Shown here piece after piece: positions 1 through 12,095 of a DNA stretch of 64,000 nucleotides (its first letter is position 1; the number at the start of each line of letters is the position of its first letter). The position numbers were made by a program, and so were the translations under genes. A model generated the notes under the pieces. That model ran no database searches and was not told where the DNA came from. It saw nothing but the letters and a program-made list of their open reading frames with translations. Source of the stretch: Mobula birostris (Eukaryota); the NCBI RefSeq assembly GCF_030028105.1, contig NC_092380.1, forward strand, positions 69,871,717 through 69,935,716, written 5' to 3'.

Positions 1-393
1 TGCAGGAGCCTCAGGACTCACACTACTAAGTTCAGAAACAGTTACTGCCCTCAACTATTACACTCTTAAACCAAAGCAGATAATTTCACTCAACTTCACT
101 TGCCCCATCATGAAAATGTTCTCACAACCAATGGACTCCCTTTCAAGGATTCTTTATCTCATGTTCTTGTTAGTTAAAGCTTATTTATTTTTTTTATTAT
201 TATTTCTTTCATTTTGTATTTGCACAGTTTGTTGAGTTTTGCACACTGGGTGAACATTCAAGTTGGAGCGGTCTTTCATCGATTCTGTTATGGTTATTAT
301 TCTGTAGATTTCCTGAGTATGCCTGCAAGGAAATGAATCTCAGTGACAATGTATATGTACTGTACTTTTATAATAAATTTACTTTGATCTTTG
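1..393 (+). mobile_element. Rex1/Babar-type LINE 3' end
   Basis: Degenerate ORF end (RSLRTHTTKFRNSY) followed by a 3' UTR ending aataaatttactttgatctttga. Similar to copies at 22320-22860 and 58910-59510 (- strand). Confidence 0.65.
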
Positions 394-427
394 AAAAAGC
401 TTTCACCAATTGTATAGTACTAGATTC

Positions 428-1120
428 CAAGCATCACAGGTCCTCACCCACCTGTGAATAAATTCACTAGGGGTGACTATTATTTTTGGGAACATGGAAG
501 AGAGGATTATCCCATGCAGCACGAGCCCATTCTGCTAGTTAATGAGAATATGAGATATGTATCTGAATTCCATTTGCCTGTAATCAATGTTTACATATTT
601 TATCTAGCAGGAATGAAGTTAAGAAATAATTTTGCATGCAAAACAAGGTGAAACTATGAAACTACTTCGTGAATAGATGAATGGATTCTCATTCAGTTAA
701 TACCTCTCTATCTGAAACTGGTAGACTCTTTTTGGGTAGACTTTTTTTGATGGACTATTTTTGATAAATAATCGAAACAAAATATGTAGATATCTATTAT
801 AGGTGAATGGAATTCAGATACATATCTTATTAAATAGCAGAATACGCTCAAGTTCTCCATGGCATAATCCTCTATTCTATGTTCCCAAGAATAATAGTAA
901 CCCCAAGTGAATTTGCTCACAGGAGAGTGAGGACCTGTGATGCTTGTTTCCATTATTTATCAAAAAATAGTCCACTTTAAAAAAAAGTCTATCTAAAAAA
1001 AACTCTACCAGTTTCAGATAGAGAGGTATTAATTGAATGAGAATCCATTGATCTATTCAGGAAATAGTTTCATAGTTCCACCTTATTTTGCATGCAAAAT
1101 TATTTCTTAACTTCATTCCT
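428..1120. repeat. Interleaved double inverted repeat A-B-A'-B'
   Basis: 428-601 is the reverse complement of ~779-946, and 609-780 is the reverse complement of ~944-1120. Both pairs are imperfect. Confidence 0.9.
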
Positions 1121-3494
1121 ACAGAACTTGTTTCTGATCTTAAGATTACATCTTTTTGTCTGAAGTGTTCTCACTAGAAGGACAGCTGGAACCATTTTCT
1201 TTTCAAAGTTGCCTTAGGCTAAGGCACTGAAGCAATTCTATCACTGCGAAAGTTTAGGAGGAAATTTAACATTGATCCATCTGATATCTCTTCTTAATTC
1301 CCTTGATGTAACTTTAAATTGAACATTTGAATCCCTTCAAGAATCCACCTTTGAATTTTCCTGATTTGTTTCACTCAATGTTGTACTAACTTGATTATGC
1401 ACAGTTCACTACTATATCAGGAGAGTTATAGGAACCCAAGTCAAATAGAATTATTTATATAATTATCTTGCTTATTAAACAGTCAGAATGTAGATTGGCA
1501 TGACTCTTACATAGCCAAATAATTCATTGCTTTAAAAATAAAGTGTAACAAAGTCTAGCCTCTTCAAATTGACACCAAGCATCAACAGCTTGCTTCATCT
1601 GGTGAAAGTCATGACTTGTAACATGATAATCCTTCTGACAAGCAATATGAATATAATTTCCAGTGCAGCCTACTTCAAGTGAGAAAAGTCATGCCTATTG
1701 TTTATCAATTTAAAGTTTGCATGGTTGCTAAGTGCACTTGAAGTACAGGAACACCATGATCATATTTAATAGCAAAGCAGGCTCAAAAAATCTTGTAATC
1801 TATTGTTGCTTATGGTATGAAAATATCAAAAAGTAATTGTTCAGTATTGTGTCTGTACCTGTGTCTGGGTGAGTCAGAGAAAGAGAGGGGAACAAAGAGT
1901 GTTAGGTGGGGAGACGGTGGCTGACGGTGGTACTGTGATAAGAAGCAAAATTGTGATGTGGATGTGAACAGAAACTGATAAAGGTAGATCCTGTGGATCA
2001 GGTAGGATCTTAGTCAGGTTCCACAAGCAAAAATTTCACAGAATTCTTGGTACTGTGCAGCATCAGCTGGTGGAATGCCATGGTAGATCCACCAATTAAA
2101 GTCTGTCAGTAGATCTAGGATTTAGGCATTTGATGCAAGGCTATGGAATGGGAACAAATGATGGGATCAGTATAGCATCATTTTAGCAAGGAGCCACAGA
2201 TATTGGATTGAACAACAGTTTCTGAACTGTAAACCTTCACTGTTCATGATCATTTCCATTTCCTTTTTCCATAGCTGCATCTATGACAAATCACTGAGTG
2301 TCCAGGCATTTCAGTTCAGAAGGCAACTGTTGCTAATTGCCAACAGTTTCACCCTCAATGTCTTCAATCCAGGCAGTACTTGTACTGCCAGCAATCTGAA
2401 AAAGCTGTCTTGAGTGGAAAATACCAAAAAGTGATCATGTTCCTCATTCTGGTCATCTAAGGGAATATCCTTCAGAATGAAGCATGAACCTAGGACTCAA
2501 ATGAAACCTTATGTAAACTGATCAATATGAATTGTCTCCAGACACAAATTTATTCTTTGTATCCTCCTTATTTCAGTCCCAAATGGCTTATTCCTTTTCC
2601 TCAGACTGTATGTGCTTCATGTGAAAGCATGGCTTTGCTTGCTTACATGCTACGTGTGTGCATGATTTTGCCATCAGCAGGTCGCCCATGTTACCCTACC
2701 TGCTGCCTCAGTTAGTGATGGTAGTTGAACAGCCATAGAATAATGGCACAATGATTGTTGATAAGATACTGAGATAGTGGAATACTTGTTATTTATATGA
2801 AAAGTAAATGATCATAGTCTGCAATAGAGGAGTGAGGGAGGTTGGGGAAGAGCAGTCATCTAATCTGAGTAAATATGCAAAAGAAGTTGAGGGTGTGGAC
2901 ACAAGCTGGTAAAAGTACTGATGTAGTTAATATCATCATAAAGAAATGAACAAAGCACTAAATTATTTTTCAGGAGTGTCAGAATTGAAAAGCAGAAAAT
3001 TCTGTCTTGAAAATAGAACAGTGGGCAGTTCTGATCATCAAATCCTAAAAAAAGGGCAGATTTACTGAAGAAGTTAACATTTCCATTAATGTTATCAGAA
3101 TGAAAGATTCAACAGACTAGGCCAGATCTTTCTGGTTATGGCAGGCTTTAATGGAGCAGATATAGAGAAGATGATCCTGTCTAAAGTTGCAAGAATGGAA
3201 TGACTTTTGGAGGTTGAATAGATTGCATTGATGTGACTCTGGCATGCTTAGCTCTACCAATTAGGGGTGAATTTCAAGGTAGATGCTTCCAACTATTGTG
3301 AAAGACCAGAACCAGGAGCCATAAATATCCAATACTCAGGATCTTTTCACCAAATATGATGAAAATATCAGTTATGAAATGTCATATTAATACCAGAGAT
3401 GAGAGCGTTTATTTATTTTGCAAGGTGATACAGCACATAGAAAGCATCTTTAAAACATCAGGGATCCATGGATAATACTGACCTCAGAAGCTCA

Positions 3495-3600
3495 TGTGTG
3501 GAGTTTACATCTTCTATGTTAACTTGTGGGATTCTCCTCTGCGCTCTGATTTCTTCCCACGTCCCCAAGGTTAGTTGACCCCTGTAAATCACCTAGGAGC
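3495..3600 (+). mobile_element. Degenerate V-SINE fragment
   Basis: gtgtggagtttacatcttct...gtgggattctcctctgcgctctgatttcttcccacgtccccaa resembles the V-domain core seen at 7345-7420. Confidence 0.5.
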
Positions 3601-4034
3601 ATAGTTGGGTGTTTAGGATAATCAAACATGACTTAATAAGCATAGGTGGATGGTTAGAATGATTAAAGAGGAGTTATTGAGCAAAAGAACAAGGCAAAGT
3701 GCATTGCAGGAGTATAAGGAAATAAGGAGGGAATAATGGAACCAATAGAATTGTTCTAATGGGAACTACAATGGGTCTGATGAACTGAAATTGTTCCCTT
3801 CTGTATCACAGTAAGTAAGAACTATATTGAAGAGTTTTTCATAATTCCTCCTTACCATGAGGTGTTTCTAAATGAAGTTTGCTTCTTACCTCAGACAAAT
3901 AATTTATTATAGAATTTCATTATATATTCTTACATATTAGAATAATCTTTAATGATCTAGGTAATTGTTATTCCACTTGACTTTGGGGTTTTTGCCCAAA
4001 TGGGCAGAAAATTATTTTGTCTATCCATTACTAT

Positions 4035-5772
4035 CTGGAAAACTGCAAATGTCACTCCACTATTTAAGAAGGGAGGGAGGCTGAAAAATGAAAATTATAG
4101 GCCAATTATCTTGAATTCAGTGGTTGGGAAGATGTATGGGGTCCATTATTAAGGATGAGGTTGCGGGGTACTTGGAGGCAAATGGCAAAATAGGAGAAAG
4201 TCAGCATGGTTTCCTTAAGGGGAGACCTTTCACAAATCTGTTGGAATTCTTTGAAGAAATAGCAAGCAGAATAGGCAAAGGGGAGTCAGTGGACATTGTG
4301 TACTTGGAGTTTCAGAAGGCTGCTGCACGTAAAGCTGCTTAACAACATAATTGCACCTTTTGGAACAGACTCATTCAGCTCCACTGTCATAAGGATCATT
4401 ATAGAAAATCTTTCCTATCAAATGCAATAAGCATGTACAGCAGTTCATCTCTGTACAACAGGACAACACACATCATAGTACAATAGTTTCTGTTTTATTA
4501 TTTCGTACATTATTATTGTACGTTGGTACATTATTATTGTGTATATTATTATTCTGTACATCATTATTATTTAAGTAGTGTTTTTTAAATGTTGTTGCTG
4601 TAACAAAAGAATTTCCCATTTGGGATCAATAAAGTAATTATTATTAAGAGCCCATGGTATTAATGGAAAAATACTAGCTAGCATGGATAGAAAATTAGCT
4701 GATTGGCAGGAGGCAAAGAGTGTGATAATGGGGACCTATTCTGGTTGGCTGCTGGTGACTCGTGTTCTGCAGGGGATGGTGTTGAGACTGCTTTTATTCA
4801 TGTATGTATCAATGATTTGATGACAAAATTGATGGTTTTGTGGCCATGTTTGCAAATAATACAAAGATTGATGGAGAGGCAGGAGGTGTTGAGGAAACAA
4901 GTCTGCAGAAGGACTTAGACAGATTAGGAGAATGGGCAAAGAAGTGGCAGATGGAATATAGTGCAGGGAAATGTATGGTCATGCACTACGGTAGAAGACA
5001 TAATGGTGTAGAGTGTTTTCTAATAGGGGAGAAGATCCGGTGTAAAGGGACTTGGGAGTCCTCATGCAGGATTCCCTAAAGGTTAACTTGCTGGCTGGCT
5101 TTGATGATAAGGAAGTCAAATGCAATGTTAGCATTCATTCTGGGAGGACTAGAATATAAAAACAAGGGTGAAATGCTGTGGCTTTACAAGGCATTGGTCA
5201 GACCACACTTGAAGTATTGTGAGCAGTTTTGGGCCCATTATCCATGAAAAGATGTGCTGGCATTGGAGAGAGTCCAGAGGATGTTAGTGAGAATGATTCT
5301 GGGAATGAAAGAGTTAGTGTATAAGGCGTGTTTGACGGTTCTTGGCCTGAACTTGCTGGAGTTTAGAAGAATGGGGGGGGGGAGGTGGATCTCATTGAAA
5401 TCTTTAGAATACTGAAAAGCCTAGGTAGCGTTGATGTGGAGAGGATTTTTCCTGTAGTGGGGGAGTCTAGGATAGATGGCACAGCCTCAGAATAGAGGGA
5501 CGTCCATTTAGAACAGAGATAAGAAAGAATTTCTGTAGCTAGAAGTGTAATGAATCTGTGGAATTCATTGCCACAGATGGCTTTTGAGGCCAAATCATTG
5601 GCTATAATTAAAGCGGGGTTTCACAGATTCTTGATTTGTCAAGGCATCAAAGCCTACGGGGGAGAAGGGAAGTGAATGGGATTGAGAGGGATAATAAATA
5701 AAGAATAATGGAATAGCAGAGCAGACTCGATGGGCCAAGTGACTTAACTCTGCTCCCATGTCTTTTGGTTTT
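4035..5772 (+). mobile_element. CR1 (HER1-like) LINE, 5'-truncated and decayed
   Basis: RT fragments (SQHGFLKGR..TNLLEFFEE, VDIVYLEFQKA, FANNTKIDG..LQKDLDRLGEWAKKWQMEY) and a typical 3' tail (cagactcgatgggcc...ctgctcccatgtctt). Confidence 0.9.
4351..4645 (+). mobile_element. Rex1/Babar-type 3' fragment nested in CR1
   Basis: Interrupts CR1 at ataa|gagccc. Encodes RLIQLHCHKDHYRKSFLSNAI and ends atttcccatttgggatcaataaagta(att)n. Confidence 0.6.
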
Positions 5773-6172
5773 ACTGGCTGCTCTACAGTGACTCTTAGTG
5801 AAAGGTGTGTGTGTGAGTGTGCATGTATGTACCTATTCAGTGCTTGCAAGAAGCAGAATTTGTTATGAAATAGCTCAACTGTCACAAACCTTGCTGATGC
5901 ATTCAGTCTGGACTCACAAAAGAAGAATAGTCACCTAAGAAAAATGTTGGAATGTTACAGACTAACTGGAAATTTTGTTCCAATTACACTTGCAACCTCA
6001 TGAGAAAATAAAAAAAAGAGAAATGACTGAAGAATGTATATATGCTCCCTTTCCTTTATGTTGTTTGCTAAAGAACATGAATAATTCTTACTGTTCAATA
6101 GTAATACAAAGTGTAAATACTCAACTTTATCATTATTTCAATTATTAACTCAGGTATTTTTTTTTGCTATAG

Positions 6173-6415
6173 CGATATATTTTCTACAAATACTCAAGAG
6201 AAGTGAAACCTCCAGAAGACCTGCAGGACTTAGGTGTCCGATTCTTGCAACCATTTGTGAACCTGCTCTCCAAAGGCACCTACTGGTGGATGAACACCTT
6301 CATAACAACGGCACATAAAAAACCCATTGACCTTAAAGCCATTGGCAAGTTGCCTTTTGCCATGAGGGCAATAACCAATTATACACATCTGAAGGAAGCA
6401 TTTGAAGTACAAAAG
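6173..6415 (+). CDS. ABCC8: ABCC8/SUR1 coding exon (human exon 5 equivalent; L0/lasso linker)
   Basis: tttttgctatag|CGA...AAG|gtagct; 243 bp, phase 0/0. Translates [89 protein letters not shown] and SKGTYWW are SUR1-type. Confidence 0.96.
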
Positions 6416-6814
6416 GTAGCTCACTTAAATACTTAGAAATGTTTAGTTTTACTTTCTGTGTCGTTAATAGTCTGTGCTTTGTTTCGGGCTATTTTGACTA
6501 ACCAAAGGGCAACTCCCAACACTCAACAAAAGTTTGTACTGGGCCATGAGGAGAGTAATGTTCAATGCCTCAGCTGCAAATCTAACTATTGTTAAATACT
6601 TCAATCCAGGATAGGGGTGGAAGAGCAGTATCTTCACGTTTCCTTTCTAGGGAGAGAAAAAGCAGGTAGATTCTCCTGCTTCAGATCATGTACAAGATGC
6701 ATGTGCAACAAGGCATTATGATGAAATGTGAGAAAAGGAACAGCATTGGTGTGGCTGTGAAATCCCACCATGGTTACATTGCCGACTGATACTAAGATAG
6801 CACCAGAGCAAGCA

Positions 6815-6990
6815 GCATAAAACAAACTGCTGGAGGAACTCGGCAGGTCAGGTAGTAGACGTGAAGGGAAATGGACAGTTGACATTTTCAGTCAAGACCA
6901 TTCACCTGTGCCTTGACCCAAAATACCTGCTGCCCATTTCTCGCCACAGTTGCTGCCTGACCCATCGCGTTCCTCCAGCAGTTTTCACTT
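6815..6990. mobile_element. Old palindromic Penelope-derived mini-element
   Basis: aaactgctggaggaac... and ...gttcctccagcagttt form inverted arms; the centre is degenerate. Confidence 0.65.
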
Positions 6991-7277
6991 TGCTCCGTGT
7001 TGCAGCGGGTCACCAGAACAAATTGACGTGGATTGCTGCACCCTTGGGATCCCTCTTCAACAAAAGCCACTATCCTCAGTAGAAAAGTGTAAACGCCGAG
7101 AGGAGAAAGAAATAACATAACAATTAATGCTGTTTTATTTGATATTAATATTTTGTAATCAATTTATCAAAATACAAGTTAGAAAATTTTATCGGTGCAA
7201 TAACAGTTATAGATTCTTCATATCTGCGCATTCTGCACTAGTTCTGAAAACTATTTACAATAATGATTAGTAACTAT

Positions 7278-7543
7278 GCCACAGTAGCGTAGCAGGAACC
7301 ATACGCTATTACAGTTTAGGGCATTGGAGTTCAATTCTGGCACTGGAAGGAGCTTGTATGTTCACCCCATGACTGCATGGGATTCCCCCAGATGTTCTAG
7401 TTCCCTCCCACAGCCCAAAGGTGTACTGGTTAGTAGGTTAATTGCTCATTGTAAATAGGCTAGGTTACAATAGGTGGGTTGCTGGACAGCGTGCCCATTG
7501 AGCTGGAGGGCCTGCTCCACACTGTATCCTTAAATAAATAAAT
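7278..7543 (+). mobile_element. tRNA-derived V-SINE (HE1-like)
   Basis: Degenerate A box (tagcgtagcagg), B box (gagttcaattc), V-domain core and (TAAA)n tail. Confidence 0.75.
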
Positions 7544-8319
7544 ACCATTCATAAAAGAGATCATTTCCACCTTACTGGCTGCATGAAACAGTTCACCTTT
7601 CAAATATTCTCACTGGAGCATGCGAGCACCACACATTATTAGTAACGGTTCATAAAAATGTCAGTCAATTATTTGAATCACCGCAATATTCATTCACTGA
7701 CTGTTTTAAAAGACTATGTTTTGTTCATATTCACTAACAAGTCACAATGAAACTATCATTGCTGCCTTAACAAAAATAGTCCCATTGTTTTGCTACCACG
7801 CTGTTCTAAGAGTACCTGAGTGACCAACAATTCTCATATTCCTTATGCACTTAAATAAATTTCATTGTTGGTTTTAGAAAATTAGAATTTGTCACTGCTG
7901 TCTTATAGGGGGCAAATTACAGTTTCCCACAACAACAAGTTTTACTTCCAATGACATCTTGAGTGGTGACTTAATTACTTTTCTCTTTAAATATAAACAG
8001 AACTTTCTGTTATTTGACTGCTAATTAAAAACACCTTATAAGGCAGCTTGCCGATCAGTTAAACTAGACTCTGTGAAATTCAGTTTCCTTTTGACTTTAA
8101 CTTTTGGTTATGTACAACAAATGAATCTCAGACACCCAGTTATTTATAATTAAAATCCTGTTGGAATAAGGTAATTTGTCAATTCTTCTATAACTACCAG
8201 TTTCAAAGTCCAGCATTCTTTGTGACAGTCTGTATCAAAGTCCCTCCTAAAGTAAGAGAATAGATATCCACAACATGTTGGAGGAACTCAGCAGGTCGGG
8301 CAGCACCCGTGGAAACTAT

Positions 8320-8357
8320 GAGTCGACGTTTCAGGCCGGAACCCTTCATCAGGACTG
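8320..8357 (-). ncRNA. Minimal type I hammerhead ribozyme motif (Penelope pLTR)
   Basis: Minus strand reads CAGTC CTGATGA A GGGT TCCG GCCT GAAAC GTC GACTC. Confidence 0.7.
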
Positions 8358-8470
8358 TAGGGGGAAGGGGCAGAGGCCCTATAAAGAAGGTGGGGGGAGG
8401 GTGGGAAAGAGAAGCCTGGTAGGTTCCAGGTGAAATACCAGCAAGGGGAAAGACAAAGGGGTGGGGGAGG

Positions 8471-9607
8471 AGTCCCAGCTATGCTTGCCTCTTTGTTGGT
8501 TATGTGGAACAGTCTGTGCTCCAAACCTATTCTGGTACTGTTCCCCAACTCTTCCTTCGGTAGATTGATGACTACATTGGTGCTGCTTCTTGCACCCACG
8601 CTGAGCTCGTCAATTTCATCGACTTTACTTCAAATTTTCACCCAACCCTCAAATACACTTGGTCTATCTTGGACACTTCTCTCCCCTTTCTCGATCTCTC
8701 GGTCTCCATCTCTAGAGACAGACTGTCCACTGACACCTTCTACAAGCCCACTGACTCTCATAACTACCTCAACTATACTTCTTCCCACCCTGCCACATGC
8801 AAAAATGCCGTTCCCTATGCCCAGTTCCTCTGTCTCCGCCACATCTGCTCCCAGGATGAGGCTTTCCGTTCCAGGACATCTCAAATGTCCTCTTTCTTTA
8901 AAGATCGTGGTTTTCCATCTACCGTCATCAATGATGCCCTCACCCGCATCTCCTCCATTTCCCGCACTTCGGCCCTCACCCCATCCTCCCGCCACCACAA
9001 CAGGGACAGAGTTCCCCTTGTCCTCACCTACCACCCCACCAGCCTTCGGATCCAGCATATTATCCTCCGCAACTTGCGCCACCTTCAACAGGACCCTACC
9101 TCTAAGCACATCTTTCCCTCTCCACCCCTCTCCGCTTTCCGCAGGGATCAGTCCATCCACGACTCCCTTAGCCACACGTCCATTCCCACTGATCTCCCAC
9201 CTGGCACTTATCCCTGTAAGCCTAAGTGCTACACCCGTCCCTACACCTCCTCTCTTGCCATCATTCAGGGCCCCAAACAGTCCTTCCAGGTGAGGCAACA
9301 CTTCACTTGTGAGTCTGTTGTGGTCATCTATTGCATCCGGTGCGGCCTCCTCTACATCGGTGAAACTCGACGGACATTGGGGGACCGCTTCATTGAGCAC
9401 CTCCGCTCCGTCCGCCACAACAGACAGGATCTCCCAGTAGCCACCCACTTCAACTCTGCTTCCCACTCCCATTCAGATATGTCCATACATGGCCTCCTCT
9501 ACTGCCATGATGAGGCTAAACTCAGGTTGGAGGAGCAACACCTCATATACCGTCTAGGTAGTCTCCAGCCCCTTGGTATGAACGTAGAATTCTCCAACTT
9601 CTGGTAA
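8471..9607 (+). pseudogene. Penelope RT / GIY-YIG endonuclease remnant
   Basis: PSYACLFVGYVE; FLR*IDDYIG (catalytic YIDD Tyr replaced by TAG at 8561); LPFLDL; YKPTDSHNYL; Cys linker YPCKPKC; VIYCIRCGLLYIGETRRTLGDRFIEH; GMN terminus. Confidence 0.9.
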
Positions 9608-9879
9608 TTTCCCCCCCCCCCCCCCCCCGCTTCCTCTATCTCTATTTCACTCTGCCCCCTCCCCCAGCTGCCTATCACCTCCCTCATGGTTCCACCTCCT
9701 TCTACTACCCATTGTGTTTTCCCCTATTCTTTCTCCACCTTTCCTGCCTATCACCTCCCTGCATCCCCTCCCCCACCCTTTGTCTTTCCCCTTACTGGTT
9801 TTTCACCTGGGACCTACCAGGCTTCTCCTTCCCACCCTCCCCCCCACCTTCTTTATAGGGCCTTTGCCCCTTCCCTCTA

Positions 9880-9917
9880 CTGTCCTGACGAAGGGTTCCG
9901 GCCCGAAACGTCGACTG
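9880..9917 (+). ncRNA. Minimal type I hammerhead ribozyme motif (Penelope pLTR)
   Basis: CTGTC CTGACGA A GGGT TCCG GCCC GAAAC GTC GACTG: core boxes CUGANGA and GAAA, helix II with a UNCG loop, GUC cleavage triplet. Confidence 0.75.
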
Positions 9918-10737
9918 ATCGTTCCCACAGATGCTGCCCGACCCGCTGAGTTCCTCCAGCGTGTTGTGAGTGTTGCTTTGATCCCAGCATCTGCAGATTA
10001 TTTTGTGTTTAAGAGAATAGATATAATTTTTATAACCATTTCAGGTCATGTTAAAATGAGTAAGGGTATGATGAATATCGTTTTCTATTTCTAAGTTCTC
10101 TTATTATTTTTTTCATACTGATTGATTTCTGTAGAGTTTGCAGGTGACTGTGGGTGAAAGGAGATTAACAAGATGTTTTCACATCTCTGTAACCCATACT
10201 TCGTAAGATATTCAAGGATGTTTCAAATTAGCAATTATTTTTGTGTGAGTAATTATTTTAAATGACTTACAACCCTTGATCAGGATTGTTCATCTACAAA
10301 CAAATTGCATTCAGTGATCTGTAGTGTTACTTATTCATGAATCATTACAGTTACATAAAATCTGGTGTTTATGTCCAATAAGTGGTTGTGACTTATACAA
10401 TAGTGAGTCACAACATTAGCTACGGCTGCATTCGACCCCACCACATTGCCTCAGATGCTGAAACTAAGCCCTTGTCAGACTAATGCTTTACCGATGTTGA
10501 AATTTTTGCTCGAATCTTCCTTCACCCCACCCCTGAAGATGTTAGCTACTGGACATAAATGCTGACTCCCCATACCTGACCCACTCTGCTGAATTAAAAT
10601 TTCAAATAAGGGGCAAGAAGAGAGATATAGCTCTGGTGTGGGAGAGAAAATGGAGGGAAGATGAGGGACTTGTGACAAGTATTGTGCTTGTGAGAGTGGG
10701 AGGAAGGGATGAAAGGTGAGAAAGGGAGAACTTGAAA

Positions 10738-10941
10738 ATCTCTCTCTCACTTTCACCCCTTCTCCCTCTCTCCCTCTCTCTCCCACACTCGCCCTGTCTC
10801 TCTCCCACGCTCGCCCTCTCTCTCTCCTCCTCTCTAACACTCACCTCCTCTCTGACACTCACCTCCTCTCTCACTGTTACCCTCTCCCTCACCCACCCTC
10901 TCCCTCCCCCTCCCTCCCTCACACACACACTCTCCCACACA

Positions 10942-10987
<46 letters not shown>

Positions 10988-12095
10988 CTCTCTCTCTCCC
11001 ACACACTCTCTCTCTCCCACACACTCTCACTCTCTCTCCCACACACACTCTCACTCTCTCTCTCTCTCCCTCCCACACACTCTCTCTCCCTCCCACACAC
11101 TCTCTCTCCCACACACTCTCTCTCCCACACACACTCTCTCTCCCACACACACTCTCTCTCCCACACACACTCTCTCTCACACACTCTCTCTCTCCCACGC
11201 AACACACTCTGTTTCTCTCTCCCACGCACGCACTCTCTCTCCCGCACACGCACTCTCTCTCCCGCACACTCTCTCTCTCTCACACACACTCTCTCTCCCA
11301 CACACTCTCTCTCTCCCACACACTCTCTCTCTCACACTCTCTCTCTCTCTCACACTCTCTCTCTCACATTCTCTGTCCCACACACACTCTCTCTCCCACA
11401 CACACACTCTCTTTCTCTCTCCCACACACACACACTCTCTCTCTCCCTCCTGTACACGCACTCTCTCTCTCCCACACAATCTCTCTCTCTCACACACTCT
11501 CTCTCTCCCACGCACACACTCTGTTTCTCTCTCCCACACACACGCGCTCTCTCTCCCGCACACGCACTCTGTCCCGCACACGCACTCTCTCTCTCCTACA
11601 CACATTTTTCTCTCTCACACACCCACTCTCTCTCTCCCTCCCACACATACACTCCCTCACTCTCACACACACACTCCCTCACTCTCACACACACACTCCC
11701 ACTCCCTCACACACCCACTCCCACTCCCTCACACACACATCCTGTCTCTCTCACACACACACACACACTCTCTCCCGCTCACTCTCATCCTCTCTCTCAC
11801 ACTCCTTCACCCTCACCTTCAACCTCAACCTCACTTTCACCCTCAATCTCACCCTCTCCCTCACCCATTTCCTGTCCCTCTCTCATCCTCTCTCTCATCC
11901 TCTCTCGTATCCTCTCTCTGTCACTGTCTCTCTCTGTCTCTCACTCTCTCTCTCTGTCTCTCACTCTCTCTCTCTGTCACTCTCTCTCTCACTCTCTCTG
12001 TCAATCTCCCTCTCACTCTCTCTCACTCTTTTCACTCTCTCTCACTTCTAACTCTCACTCTCTCTTTCTCACTATCTCTCACCCTCTCTCACACT
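10738..12095. repeat. Compound (CT)n/(CA)n microsatellite, ~1.35 kb
   Basis: Nearly G-free + strand made of ctctct/cacaca/ccc blocks. Confidence 0.97.

Larger units (their letters stand above)
8268..10010 (+). mobile_element. Penelope-like retroelement (Neptune-like), 5'-truncated, with inverted pseudo-LTR
   Basis: 14-bp TSD aagagaatagatat (8254-8267 / 10011-10024). 8268-8470 is an inverted copy of ~9765-9968. Internal RT C-terminus plus GIY-YIG endonuclease. Confidence 0.93.

Noticed and set aside
454-953. Two similar convergent small ORFs resembling a paralogous gene pair
   Set aside because: The similarity is a by-product of the inverted duplication; there are indels between the copies and no splice or coding signal.
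8430-9472. Overlapping 287-aa (+) and 280-aa (-) ORFs
   Set aside because: Alternative and antisense frames of the C-rich Penelope ORF; no independent motifs.
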